Assembly: GCA_028819215.1 (NCBI GenBank)
Contig: JAPPMG010000066.1
Coordinates: 21,752-85,751 of the forward strand
Reading direction: 5' to 3'
Source of the DNA: Bryobacterales bacterium
GTDB lineage: Bacteria; Acidobacteriota; Terriglobia; Bryobacterales; UBA6623
Length of the DNA stretch: 64,000 bases
The translations under genes and the position numbers were made by a program. The notes beneath the pieces are model-generated. The model was not told where the DNA came from. It made no database searches and worked only from the letters and a program-made list of their open reading frames with translations. This document shows, piece after piece, positions 49,883 to 59,516 of this stretch (positions are counted from its first letter, which is position 1; every line of letters begins with the position of its first letter).

Positions 49883-51607
49883 ATGCTTCTGCCCCGCAGC
49901 AGCAGATCCGTCCTCGGTGTCGCCGCGTCGCTGCGGACCGCCGCCGCTCTCGCCCTCGCGCACAGTCTGTCCGCCCAGCCGGGATGGGTGGCGGAAACCC
50001 CACACTTCCGCGTGCTCGCACTCGAAGCTCCGGGCATTGATGCGGCTGCTGCCGGATTCGCAGCGACCGTTCTGGAGCAGATTCGTCAACAGTTCCGCCT
50101 CTTCGGCGCGGGCCTGCCCGAGCGGGCCGACGGTCCGCTGGAAGTGCTTGTGGTGCCCAACGAGTTCGAGCTGCACGAGTTGCTTCGCGAAGCGCCCGAT
50201 TCCCGAACGCGCGGCATTACCGTGGGAGGGCTCGACCGAGACTATGTGGTAATACCGTGGCACGCGGTCCCCGGCCCTCAGATCACTCTCGCGCACGAAT
50301 ACGCGCATCAACTCGACCGGCCTCGCTGGCCGCTCTGGTTTCGCGAGGGCAGGGCCGTGTACCTCGCCCGCCGGACAGCCTCGCCGTCCGGACAGGACAC
50401 GCGCATGCCCTTGCTCACGATGCTGGAGGGCTCCGAATGGCTGGACTGGCGCGCCTTACTGGAGGCCGAACGCGACAGCGCCGCGGTCAACGACCAGCTG
50501 TTTCAGGCGCAGTCGTGGCTGCTGGTCCAGTGGCTGGCGACTCGACGCGGGCCCCTGGCCCGCCTGAGGCCCGACCACGGCAGCGCGGCGCTGTCTGAAC
50601 TGGGCCAGGACCTACTCACGACCTCGCTGCGCGAGCATCTCGCAACCATGCGCGACGGATCGCGCGAGGAACTCGCGACCCTGCCCCCGACCGACCTCGA
50701 AGCCGACACGAGGGCGGCCGCTGAATGGGAGGTGCCCCTCGTCCGGGCCGAGATCGAGCGGGAGTTGCGATTCCACGACGTCGCGGAGCGAAAGTTGCGC
50801 TCCATCGCCCAGAGCTTCCCAGGCGCCGCCCGTGCCCAAGCCGCCTATGCGAGCATGCTGCTCATCCGAGGCGAGCTGGATTCGGCCGAACGACATTTCC
50901 GCACGGCGATCGAGCTGGGCGACGCCCGGTCGCGGACATCCTATCGCTATGCGCTGCTGTTGATGCGTCCGGGGGAGCTGCCCCGAATCCGGGCCGAAGC
51001 GGCTCTACATGCCGCGAAGCGAGCCCTCGCGACAAGCCCGTCAGAACCCCTCAACCAACTAGCCGTCGCTCACGCGCGAATGTTGCTTCACGACTGGAAC
51101 GGCGCGTTCGCCGAGTTGCTCAAGCTGTCGCGCTTCGCCGGGTGGGCGGACCGCGCCGCCAAAGAAGCTGCCGAGGTCGTTCGCCGCAAGGTGCAATCGA
51201 TCCAGTCGGCGCCGCCCCCGGACCTTGCCGCAGAACCGGCACCGATCCCTGACCTGCTCGCTCGCATGGCGGTCGTGGAGGGAAAGCCGGATCCGTGGAA
51301 ACCTCCCAGCGCGACGACGAGTCCTCTGCCGCAGCCGTACCCCTGGGCTCCGCACGGGGCGTGGATCGCGCACGGCAGAATCGCCTGGGTGGATTGTTCG
51401 AATAACGCCAGAACAGTGATCTTGCACTCGCCCTACAGGCGCTACGCGTTTCGCGAGAACCCAGAGCGGCCGCCGGTGCTGATCAACCGGCCGTTCCGGG
51501 CCAAGGCCGTGCCGTGCAACACGCGGGGCTATGTGGTCAGGATTTCTTACCGCAGGCTCTCCGAAGAGGGCGGCCCGGACGGTGAGATCTTCGGGATCCA
51601 CTTTTGA
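49883..51607 (+). CDS. Secreted protein with zincin-like (DUF1570/peptidase MA-like) domain and TPR-like repeats
   Basis: Signal peptide, W...ETPHF, AHEYAH, PLWFREG.A, Ala-rich helical repeats. Confidence 0.7.
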   Translation: MLLPRSSRSVLGVAASLRTAAALALAHSLSAQPGWVAETPHFRVLALEAPGIDAAAAGFAATVLEQIRQQFRLFGAGLPERADGPLEVLVVPNEFELHELLREAPDSRTRGITVGGLDRDYVVIPWHAVPGPQITLAHEYAHQLDRPRWPLWFREGRAVYLARRTASPSGQDTRMPLLTMLEGSEWLDWRALLEAERDSAAVNDQLFQAQSWLLVQWLATRRGPLARLRPDHGSAALSELGQDLLTTSLREHLATMRDGSREELATLPPTDLEADTRAAAEWEVPLVRAEIERELRFHDVAERKLRSIAQSFPGAARAQAAYASMLLIRGELDSAERHFRTAIELGDARSRTSYRYALLLMRPGELPRIRAEAALHAAKRALATSPSEPLNQLAVAHARMLLHDWNGAFAELLKLSRFAGWADRAAKEAAEVVRRKVQSIQSAPPPDLAAEPAPIPDLLARMAVVEGKPDPWKPPSATTSPLPQPYPWAPHGAWIAHGRIAWVDCSNNARTVILHSPYRRYAFRENPERPPVLINRPFRAKAVPCNTRGYVVRISYRRLSEEGGPDGEIFGIHF

Positions 51608-51616
51608 GCGCAGCCG

Positions 51617-52300
51617 CTACATGACGCCGTACTTCGCAAAAGCCTCTTGGCTCGGCATCCCGGCTTCGATCTCGCGCTGGACAACCTTCTCAGCGCGCAC
51701 CTTTTCCAGCGCCTTGACGAAGATCGCGCTCTCGTGGCGGCGGGGAGCGACGCAGACGCCGTCGCGGTCGCCGATCACGATATCGCCGGGCTCGATCAGC
51801 ACCTGCCCGATACGGATCGGCACGCGGAAATCGACCACGTGGCCGCGCAGCCGCTGGTCCTGGGCGTAGGAGCCATAGCCAAACGTCGGAAATCCCAGCG
51901 AGGCGATCCCGTCCGTGTCCCGGTAATACCCGTCCAGCACCGCTCCGGTCGCACCCAGCACCTGTGCCCGCGTCGTCATCAGCTCGCCCCACAATGCGTA
52001 GTCCGGTGATCCGCCGCCGCAAACGTAAACCTCGCCGTCGCGCAGGTCATCAAGCGCTTCCAGCATTCTCCCGAACGGCGACGGAGACTCGCCCCCGCGG
52101 GCGTCATCGTCTAGATCCTCCACCCACACGGGCATCGCCCGGCCGACCAGGCGCCAGCTTGGGTCCAGCGGACGGATCTCAGGGGGGAGGAACTGGTGGA
52201 CCAGCCCGATCTCGTCCATCACGTCTCCGACAACCGCCGAGAACAGCTCCTTCGAAACGAGTTCGAACAGCTCGCCATCGGTGCGCCAGGGAAGTGCCAC
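51617..52300 (-). CDS. RraA/HMG-aldolase-family protein
   Basis: ALWGELM, GAVLDGYYRD, PGDIVIGDRDGV. Confidence 0.9.
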   Translation of the reverse strand: MALPWRTDGELFELVSKELFSAVVGDVMDEIGLVHQFLPPEIRPLDPSWRLVGRAMPVWVEDLDDDARGGESPSPFGRMLEALDDLRDGEVYVCGGGSPDYALWGELMTTRAQVLGATGAVLDGYYRDTDGIASLGFPTFGYGSYAQDQRLRGHVVDFRVPIRIGQVLIEPGDIVIGDRDGVCVAPRRHESAIFVKALEKVRAEKVVQREIEAGMPSQEAFAKYGVM

Positions 52301-52304
52301 AGAC

Positions 52305-53231
52305 TCAGCCCTCCCCGGGGGGGCTCGACGGCGACGCGGCGGACATCACCAGCTCCGGAGCGTATTGCTCGATGCGGTCCAGGACCAGCCGGGCCCGGCG
52401 GACGCGCTCCTTCGACAGCGCAACAGCCGTGTGTTCGATGTGGGTGCCGCTGGGATAGATGTCAGGCGCGTTGCGCAATCCGAGCTTCACGTAGAGCGGT
52501 GCGCCGACGCGAATGAAGTCGGGCACTTCGTAGTGGCGCACGAAGCCTCCGATATTGTCCGGCGCTTCGACATAGAGGTCGATCGGAGCATCAATGGCGG
52601 CGCGAACGGCAGCCAGCTGCGGCAGCGTGAGGTCGGACGGCACGTTGATGGTGGTCGCCCCGAGATCCTCGAGGACGCGCGCCGATGCCGGATTGGCCGG
52701 AGCCATCATGACCGAAGTCTTCAGGATGAGATCGTGCGGCAAATCCCCCGAGCGCTTCAGGCATCCCAAGATCTGCAACAGGCCGATATCCGAGACCAAT
52801 ACGCTCCTGATGCCAAGCCGCTCCGCCCGCCTCACGTCCTCCACGGCGTACACCAGCTGGTCGCTGCCGCGCAGGCTCAATCCCAGAGCCTTGCCCGCAG
52901 CAGCATATGCCTGCGCTCCGATGTCGAACGTAGCTCGCGGACCCACGAAGAGATTGACCTCGAGCCCCCGGCTCTCGCCCATCGACACCATCGCGCGGAT
53001 CTCGTCGTCGGTAAGCAGCATGATCCCGCTGCCCTGGCTCACCCGATGCAGCGGCACGCCCCGCGCATCCGCTTCGGAAATCACCGCCTCCAGCGCAGCC
53101 GGACCCTCTGTGCTGGGAATCTCGATCCGATACTGAGCGCCGTCTTCGAAACGCTTTGCCGAGTCCGGCGGCGGCATCGGGTCATTCGCGGGCAATCCCA
53201 GGCTAGCGAGCGACTCCCTAGTTCTTGTCAT
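52305..53231 (-). CDS. U32-like TIM-barrel protein of unknown function
   Basis: YRIEIPS.EGP, HRVSQGSG, GIRSVLVSDIG, PIDLYVEAPD.IGGFVR, YVKLGLRNA. Confidence 0.65.
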   Translation of the reverse strand: MTRTRESLASLGLPANDPMPPPDSAKRFEDGAQYRIEIPSTEGPAALEAVISEADARGVPLHRVSQGSGIMLLTDDEIRAMVSMGESRGLEVNLFVGPRATFDIGAQAYAAAGKALGLSLRGSDQLVYAVEDVRRAERLGIRSVLVSDIGLLQILGCLKRSGDLPHDLILKTSVMMAPANPASARVLEDLGATTINVPSDLTLPQLAAVRAAIDAPIDLYVEAPDNIGGFVRHYEVPDFIRVGAPLYVKLGLRNAPDIYPSGTHIEHTAVALSKERVRRARLVLDRIEQYAPELVMSAASPSSPPGEG

Positions 53232-54145
53232 CACTGCTGCGAAACATTCTTCACTACCAGCCCTGTGCGGTCAAGGTGCGGGAACATCACCTCGCTCTGG
53301 CAGCCTGCTTTCTCGAACTCCCGGGCGACAGCGTGGACAGCGTCTTCACGGCCGGTCTCGTATAGCACCAGCACGGCCGGACCGGCTCCGCTCAGTGCGC
53401 AGCCCAGCAGCCCAGGCACGCGCAATTTGAGGATCGCATCCAAGCCCGGCACGTGCGGGGACCGGTAGGGTTGGTGCAAGCGATCCTCGAATGCGACCGG
53501 GAAGGCTTCGCGATTGCCTTTCAGCAGCGCCGCCACTAGGAGAGTGGCGCGCTGGATGTTGAACACGGCATCGTCACGGGAGCAGCGGTCCGGCAACGCC
53601 GCGCGCATCTTGAGCGTGGACAGCTCATAGTCCGGACAGACCACAGCCACCGAGAACGCCCTGGGCACTTCCAGCCGCACTGCCCGCGTGACTCCGTCCG
53701 CGCCGATGGCCGCAGTTGTCACAGACCCAAGGACGGCGGCGGACACATTGTCGGGATGGCCCTCGATGCGGGCCGCCTCGTCCAGCAAGCGGTGCTCGTC
53801 CCAACCCATGTCGAGCACGCGATCCGCCAGCACGACCCCAACCACGAGCGCGGCGGCGCTGGAGCCCAGTCCTTTCCCGACCGGGATCTCGTTCTCGATC
53901 TCCAGGTAGACAGGGGGCAATTCACGGCCGTGCGCTCCGGCCACCTCGCGCGCGGTCTTGAGGATGAGATTCTCCGATTCGGCCGGGATGCTCGCGGTGT
54001 CCCGACCGCTGACGCGCACCAGGTCCTCGGACGCAATGCGAAATCGACAGTACAGATAGACGCCTAAGGCCAGCCCTAGCGTGTCGAAGCCGGGACCCAG
54101 ATTCGCGCTTGAGGCCGGCACGCGAACCTCGGTCAGCGCGCTCAT
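53231..54145 (-). CDS. thrB: Homoserine kinase
   Basis: VPASSANLGPGFD.LG, IPVGKGLGSSAA, EGHPDN, DRLHQPYR, LSGAGP. Confidence 0.96.
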   Translation of the reverse strand: MSALTEVRVPASSANLGPGFDTLGLALGVYLYCRFRIASEDLVRVSGRDTASIPAESENLILKTAREVAGAHGRELPPVYLEIENEIPVGKGLGSSAAALVVGVVLADRVLDMGWDEHRLLDEAARIEGHPDNVSAAVLGSVTTAAIGADGVTRAVRLEVPRAFSVAVVCPDYELSTLKMRAALPDRCSRDDAVFNIQRATLLVAALLKGNREAFPVAFEDRLHQPYRSPHVPGLDAILKLRVPGLLGCALSGAGPAVLVLYETGREDAVHAVAREFEKAGCQSEVMFPHLDRTGLVVKNVSQQ

Positions 54146-54233
54146 AAGCCGCGATTATAGCCCAGCGACTCAAGGCGATCATGCGTGCGGTCGAACCGCC
54201 GAGTGCCGACCCTGAACGATAAGTGCAAGCGGA

Positions 54234-55885
54234 TCAACGAAATGCGACAAAGAAGAGCACGGCCGCGGCGCTGATCAAGAGCAAAGTGGTCCGTTCGGGG
54301 CGCCAACGCCTCGATTCCGGCTGAGTCGCCCCAGTTTCCTTCGCGACCGCTGCTCGGGACCTTTCGAGCCAACCATCGCCGGCACCGCCGTAGCGCTCGC
54401 CGCGCCGACAACTGGCCAAGGTCAGCCCGCGCAGCGATGCGGCGTCCGCCGGACCGAGCAGCACCGAGCAGACGGCCATGGCACCGCCCGTCACGGCTAC
54501 CGCCCACCAGTAGCTCCACCAGACGCCGGTGAGCTGCTCGGGCAACGGCCACGCCAAGCGGTCTCCCAGCATCGAAACAAGTCCGCAGGAGACCCCGGCA
54601 AGCATGCCGACGATCCCTGAACGAGGGTGCGCGCGAGTCCACGCCCCGACCGCGAACACCGTGGCTAGGGGCACAACGGCAACGCTGGACAGCCTCAGGT
54701 AGAACGCCACCATGCCTTGGCCGAGGAACGGAATGTACACAAACGACAGCGCCACGCAGGCTACCGCGGCGATTCGCGTGACGGCCAGACTGCCTCGCTC
54801 CTGCGCGTTCGGAGCCAAGAAACGACAGTACACGTCCCGTGTGAAGACGGCGCCGAGAGCCGAACCGATCGAGTCGTAGGTCGAAATGCAGGCGGCCAGC
54901 ACCCAGCCAGCACAAGGCCCGCAAGCGGGCCGTCCAGAAAGTCGACGAAGACCTGCGGGAATGCGCCGTCAACCTGATCGAGATCGGGATAGAGCGCGCG
55001 GCTCATGATGCCGAGCGAGACGTTGCACCACATGACCGCGATGAGCGCGGCCGAGGCGATCACGACAGCCGCTCGCATGTCCCACTCGCTCCGCGCGCCC
55101 AGCAAGCGCATCGACTGGGAATGGTTGACGATGCAGTAGGCGGCATGCACCGCGATCCAACCGAACAGCACCAACGCAAGCGGCGTTCCGGGGCCGGACA
55201 GCCCGCCATAGGACAGCACCTGTGCCGGCAGTTCCGGATCGACCTCGGCCAGGCGGCCACGCAGCTCCGCCCAACCGCCGATCGCGCGCCATACCACAAC
55301 CCACAGCACGCCCGACGCGATCACGATCATGACCGTTTGCAGCGAGTCGGTCGCCACCACCGTTCGCAGGCCGCCGCTGGCCGTGTAGACCGCCGCCAAC
55401 GCTGCCAGGCCGACCACAAGCCACCACGCCCTGCCGCCCCAGCCCGTGATCGCGCCTAGCAGGAGAAACAGGGAAAAGGCCATGTTGCCCATCACATTGG
55501 TGCGCTGCTGGATCTGGACCAGTGCTCCGAACAAGCGCATGGCCGGCCCGAAGCGCGCCTCGAGGTATTCGGCATTGGTGAAGAATCCCGCCCGGTAGAC
55601 CGGCACCAGCACGACGCCTGTCGCCAGCAGCCAGCCGATGGGGATGCCCAGCCACCACGTGGAGAGATAGGCGATGCCGTACTGATAGGCACCGCCAACC
55701 ACCGCGACAAAATCGCCGCTGTCCACAGCGGTCGCGAACAAGGACAAGCCGATGGCCGGCCAGGCCAAGCTGCGAGAAGCGAGTTGCCAATCCGCGACAG
55801 TGCTCGGGCGCCGCGTGCGCAGCCAGCCCGCCGCGACCATGGCGGCGTTGATGCCCAGCGCCAGGACCCAGCCGACCAGTGTCAT
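54234..55885 (-). pseudogene. Sodium:solute symporter with a single-base frameshift
   Basis: Two ORFs (55885-54761 and 54902-54234) join into one SSS protein if one G is restored at GCT-GGG-[G]TG-CTG near 54902-54904, giving LVLAGVLAACISTYDS. Confidence 0.75.
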
Positions 55886-55908
55886 GCGAGCGGCGCGTAA
55901 CGCTGTCC

Positions 55909-56721
55909 CTAATCGGAGGTCAACGCCGCGACAAACTTCGCCGCCTCTGCCCGATGTGCCAGCACGGCGCTCTCCATGGACGGATACTCCGGCGGGTCGT
56001 TACGCAGGTCCCAATGGCCGAAGCGGTCGCGGCCCCGGACCAGGGCCGCCGATTGGTCAGGCAGCAGCGGCTTGGCGTCGGGCGTGACGTAGCGGGCCGC
56101 GAATCCGATCCGCGGCAGGTCGGAACCGTTCGCATGCGAGCCGTGGATCGCCCGCACGTGGTGCAGCGACAACTGGCCTGCTCGCAGTTCGATGTCCACG
56201 ACGTCGCTCTCGTCGTATTCGACCTGGATCTCTTGGCCCCGCGTGAGCAGGTTGTCCTCGGCATACGTGTCGGTGTGCGGCTGGATCTCCATCATGTGCG
56301 AGCCTGGCAGCAGGCGCATGCAGCCGTTCGCCCGCGTGCTGTCGGTGAGAGCTATCCAAGCCGTAGTGACCGCTCCGCCATCCAAGCCCCAGTAGGTGCC
56401 GTCTTGGTGCATGCTGACGTAGCCGGTATCGCGCGCCGGCTTCGGAAAGACCGATGCGGACCAAAGCAAGATGTCCGCGCCGAGCACGCTCTCGGCCGCA
56501 GCTAGCACCTTGGGGTGTGTCGCCAGTTCCCACGCCCACCTGTAGAAACGGTGGATCTGGCTCATCTGCACCGCCTTCGGGGCGCCGCCGAAGGCCGCGG
56601 CCACCCCAAGATACGCCCTGCAGTAGCGATCCGCCTCGGGCGGCTCCAAGGCATCGATGGGGCACAGGAAACCCGTCCTGCGGTAGAGGTCTCGCTGGGC
56701 AGTTGTGAGCGGCGGTTGCAC
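55909..56721 (-). CDS. Phytanoyl-CoA dioxygenase (PhyH)-family Fe(II)/2OG dioxygenase
   Basis: HQD motif, TAWIAL, NGCMRLLPGSH, HGS..N, distal R. Confidence 0.92.
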   Translation of the reverse strand: MQPPLTTAQRDLYRRTGFLCPIDALEPPEADRYCRAYLGVAAAFGGAPKAVQMSQIHRFYRWAWELATHPKVLAAAESVLGADILLWSASVFPKPARDTGYVSMHQDGTYWGLDGGAVTTAWIALTDSTRANGCMRLLPGSHMMEIQPHTDTYAEDNLLTRGQEIQVEYDESDVVDIELRAGQLSLHHVRAIHGSHANGSDLPRIGFAARYVTPDAKPLLPDQSAALVRGRDRFGHWDLRNDPPEYPSMESAVLAHRAEAAKFVAALTSD

Positions 56722-56795
56722 AGGCGCCTCGGCCGAACCATCATACGCCCGGGCGCTCCCAGCGCGTCGCGCAGCGGCCGGTTACAATCGTTCGG

Positions 56796-57329
56796 TTGGT
56801 GACTGAGGCACCCAGTCTCGACGTCGGCTGTGGCCGGAACAAGAGGCAGGGCGCTATAGGCGTCGATCGCATTGCCAACACGGCCGCGGACGTGCTGGCC
56901 GACATCGATCAGGGCCTGCCGTTCCTGGAGGCCACGATTGGCAGCGTCAGCCTCGTCCACGTCATCGAACACGTTGACGATGTCGTGCATGCCGTGGAAG
57001 AAGCGCACCGCGTGCTCCGACCCGGCGGGCGGCTCCATGTCGAGACGCCGCACTATTCGGACTCGAGCTCGTTCACGGACCCCACGCACCGCTGGCACCT
57101 CAACTCCTTCTCGTTCCGGTACTTCACGGAGGCCGGCGGCTTCTCCTACTACTCGCAGTGCCGCTTCCGGGAAGTGAGGACGGAGATCAAGCTGTTGCGA
57201 TTCTGGAGGCTGCTGGGCTTCGAGTTTGCCGTCAATCACTCGCGCGTCGTCCGCAAGTTCTGGGAGTACTACCTGTGCTTCCTGGTGCGCGGAAAGGCGC
57301 TGGTCTTCGAGCTCGAAGCCCTGAAATAG
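56796..57329 (+). CDS. Class I SAM-dependent methyltransferase (type 11)
   Basis: LDVGCG, HVIEH, RVLRPGG, DPTH. Confidence 0.85.
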   Translation: MVTEAPSLDVGCGRNKRQGAIGVDRIANTAADVLADIDQGLPFLEATIGSVSLVHVIEHVDDVVHAVEEAHRVLRPGGRLHVETPHYSDSSSFTDPTHRWHLNSFSFRYFTEAGGFSYYSQCRFREVRTEIKLLRFWRLLGFEFAVNHSRVVRKFWEYYLCFLVRGKALVFELEALK

Positions 57330-57350
57330 CCCTGTGGTATTCTCCGAAAA

Positions 57351-57836
57351 GTGGAACTGACCGAGGTCTACGAGGCGTTCGGCAGCGACCGCACCAGCAG
57401 GCTGGTCCGGTCCGTGTCGCTCGGTGCGCTGCGGACCTACGGCGTGTACGAAGCGATCAAGGTTCGCTCCAGGCTGCGAACCCTGAACCGCCAGAAGCTG
57501 CGCGCCGCCGCGCCGCGAATGTGGGAGCAGATCAAGGACGGCGACGCCGATCTCGCCCGGGACCTCTCGCAAGCCGTACTGGTCTCCAACATTCCGCTCA
57601 TCGTCGAAGTGCTGGACCTGCTGGAAATCGAGCACGACGAGAATGGGTTCTTCGACAAGGACAGCGACTACTCGAGCAAGCTTTCTGATGGCTGGGAGCA
57701 GCGGGTCTTCGAGCACTGCAAGGACCGCTTTGACCCGGACCTAGTGCTGCACTACATCAACCATCTCGGATGGGAGCTGGAAGCGCTGGCCGAGCCGTAC
57801 CTAGAGCCGAACGAAGTTCCCACGGCCGCTGGCTAA
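57351..57836 (+). CDS. Hypothetical protein
   Basis: 161-aa ORF filling the gap, typical codon usage, extended -10 box 7 nt upstream. Confidence 0.75.
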   Translation: MELTEVYEAFGSDRTSRLVRSVSLGALRTYGVYEAIKVRSRLRTLNRQKLRAAAPRMWEQIKDGDADLARDLSQAVLVSNIPLIVEVLDLLEIEHDENGFFDKDSDYSSKLSDGWEQRVFEHCKDRFDPDLVLHYINHLGWELEALAEPYLEPNEVPTAAG

Positions 57837-57892
57837 AGGCCGCGCAAGACCGGGCTCGCCACCCAAGGGCCACACCGGAGCGAAATTCTGAC

Positions 57893-59065
57893 ATGACTGG
57901 AAGACGCATTGGCATCCTGACCGGCGGCGGCGACGTGCCGGGCCTAAACGCTGCAATCAGGGCAGCGGTCTACGACGCTCGCGACCGCGGCATGGAGATC
58001 ATCGGCGTTCGGCGGGGCTGGAAGGGACTCACTCATGTCAACCCCGTGGATGGGGTCGACCCTGAGTACCTGCTACCGCTAGACCGTGCCAACACTCGCA
58101 CGGTCGACCGGATGGGCGGCACCTTCCTGCACTCGACCCGCACGCAACCTTCGCGCATGAAGGTTGGTGACAGCCCCGAGCACCTCCAAGGCCGGCTAGC
58201 CTCGCTGGCCGAAGTCAGCCCTGGCATCGTGGACTTCACGCCAATCGTGCTGGAAAACTTGGAACGGCTGCGCCTGGATTCGCTCATCGCGATTGGCGGC
58301 GACGACACGCTCAGCTACGCCCGCCGCCTGCACGAAGAGGGCTTCCCCGTCGTCTGCCTGCCGAAGACCATGGACAACGACGTGCCGAATACCGAGTACT
58401 GCATCGGATTCTCGACGGCAATCACGCGCGCGGTGGACAACATCGGCCGCCAGCGCACGACAGTTGGCTCGCATGAGCGTGTCGGGATCTTTCGCGTGTT
58501 CGGTCGCGACGCAGGCTTCACGGCCCTGTACACGGCCTATGTCACCGGCATCCGCTGCTGCATTCCGGAACATGTCTTCGACTTGGATCGGCTGCTGGCG
58601 CTGCTGATGCAGGACAAGCGCGAGAACCCGAGCAACTACACGCTCGTCGTGCTGTCGGAAGGTGCCACTTGGGAAGGCCGCACCGTGCAGGAATACGGCG
58701 ACGCCGACGCTTACGGTCATCGCAAGAAGATGAGCGTCGGCGAAGCGCTGAGCCAAGAGGTCAAGAAGCAGCTCAAGGAAGAGACCGTGGTCAGCGACCT
58801 GACCTACGACCTGCGCGGCGGGCCTCCCGATTTCATCGACCGGCTCGTGGCGACGACCTTTGCCGCAATGGCCGTGGAGTGCATCGCCGACGGCGGTTCG
58901 GGCCGCATGATGGCGCTCCAGAAGGGGTGCTACGTGGACGCCGAGATCCCCGGTCCCGGCGGCAAGTCCCGCAGTGTCGACGTAAGCGCGATGTACGACA
59001 CCGCGAACTTCTTGCCGAAGCGCGACAACAAGGCGGGCGCTCCGATCTTCCTCAACATGCTGTAG
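57893..59065 (+). CDS. 6-phosphofructokinase family protein, PPi-dependent signature
   Basis: LTGGGDVPGLN, GGT.LHS.R, GGDDT, PKTMDND. Confidence 0.88.
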   Translation: MTGRRIGILTGGGDVPGLNAAIRAAVYDARDRGMEIIGVRRGWKGLTHVNPVDGVDPEYLLPLDRANTRTVDRMGGTFLHSTRTQPSRMKVGDSPEHLQGRLASLAEVSPGIVDFTPIVLENLERLRLDSLIAIGGDDTLSYARRLHEEGFPVVCLPKTMDNDVPNTEYCIGFSTAITRAVDNIGRQRTTVGSHERVGIFRVFGRDAGFTALYTAYVTGIRCCIPEHVFDLDRLLALLMQDKRENPSNYTLVVLSEGATWEGRTVQEYGDADAYGHRKKMSVGEALSQEVKKQLKEETVVSDLTYDLRGGPPDFIDRLVATTFAAMAVECIADGGSGRMMALQKGCYVDAEIPGPGGKSRSVDVSAMYDTANFLPKRDNKAGAPIFLNML

Positions 59066-59116
59066 GGGCCGGCACGGCGCAGCGCCGTCCGCCGGCGGGC
59101 AAGCCCGGGCGGGCGG

Positions 59117-59473
59117 TCAGGCCCACTTCAGTGCGCGCTGGCGGAAGAGCCAGATATAGCCGGCAATCAGGATGGCCAAGAAGACCAGCATCTCGACCAA
59201 GCCGAAGAGGCCGAGCACGTCATACTGAATCGCCCACGGCAAGAGGAAGATCGTCTCGACGTCGAAGATCACGAACAGGATCGCCACGAGATAGAAGCGG
59301 ATCGAATAGCGGCCGCGCGTGTCGTCCTCGGGCGCGATGCCACATTCGTAGGGCTCGAGCTTGGTCTTTTCCGGGACGCTGGGACGGATCAACTTGGCGG
59401 CGATCAGTGTCACGATCGGAAACGCCGCGGCGATTCCGATGAAGATCATGATGGGAATGTACCCTCGGGGCAT
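59117..59473 (-). CDS. nuoA: NADH-quinone oxidoreductase subunit A
   Basis: K.EPYECG, FYLVAILFVIFDVE..FL.PWA, AL.W. Confidence 0.96.
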   Translation of the reverse strand: MPRGYIPIMIFIGIAAAFPIVTLIAAKLIRPSVPEKTKLEPYECGIAPEDDTRGRYSIRFYLVAILFVIFDVETIFLLPWAIQYDVLGLFGLVEMLVFLAILIAGYIWLFRQRALKWA

Positions 59474-59516
59474 GAACCTCTGATTATACGCACGCGGGCC
59501 GGTCGGCCGCGCGGAC

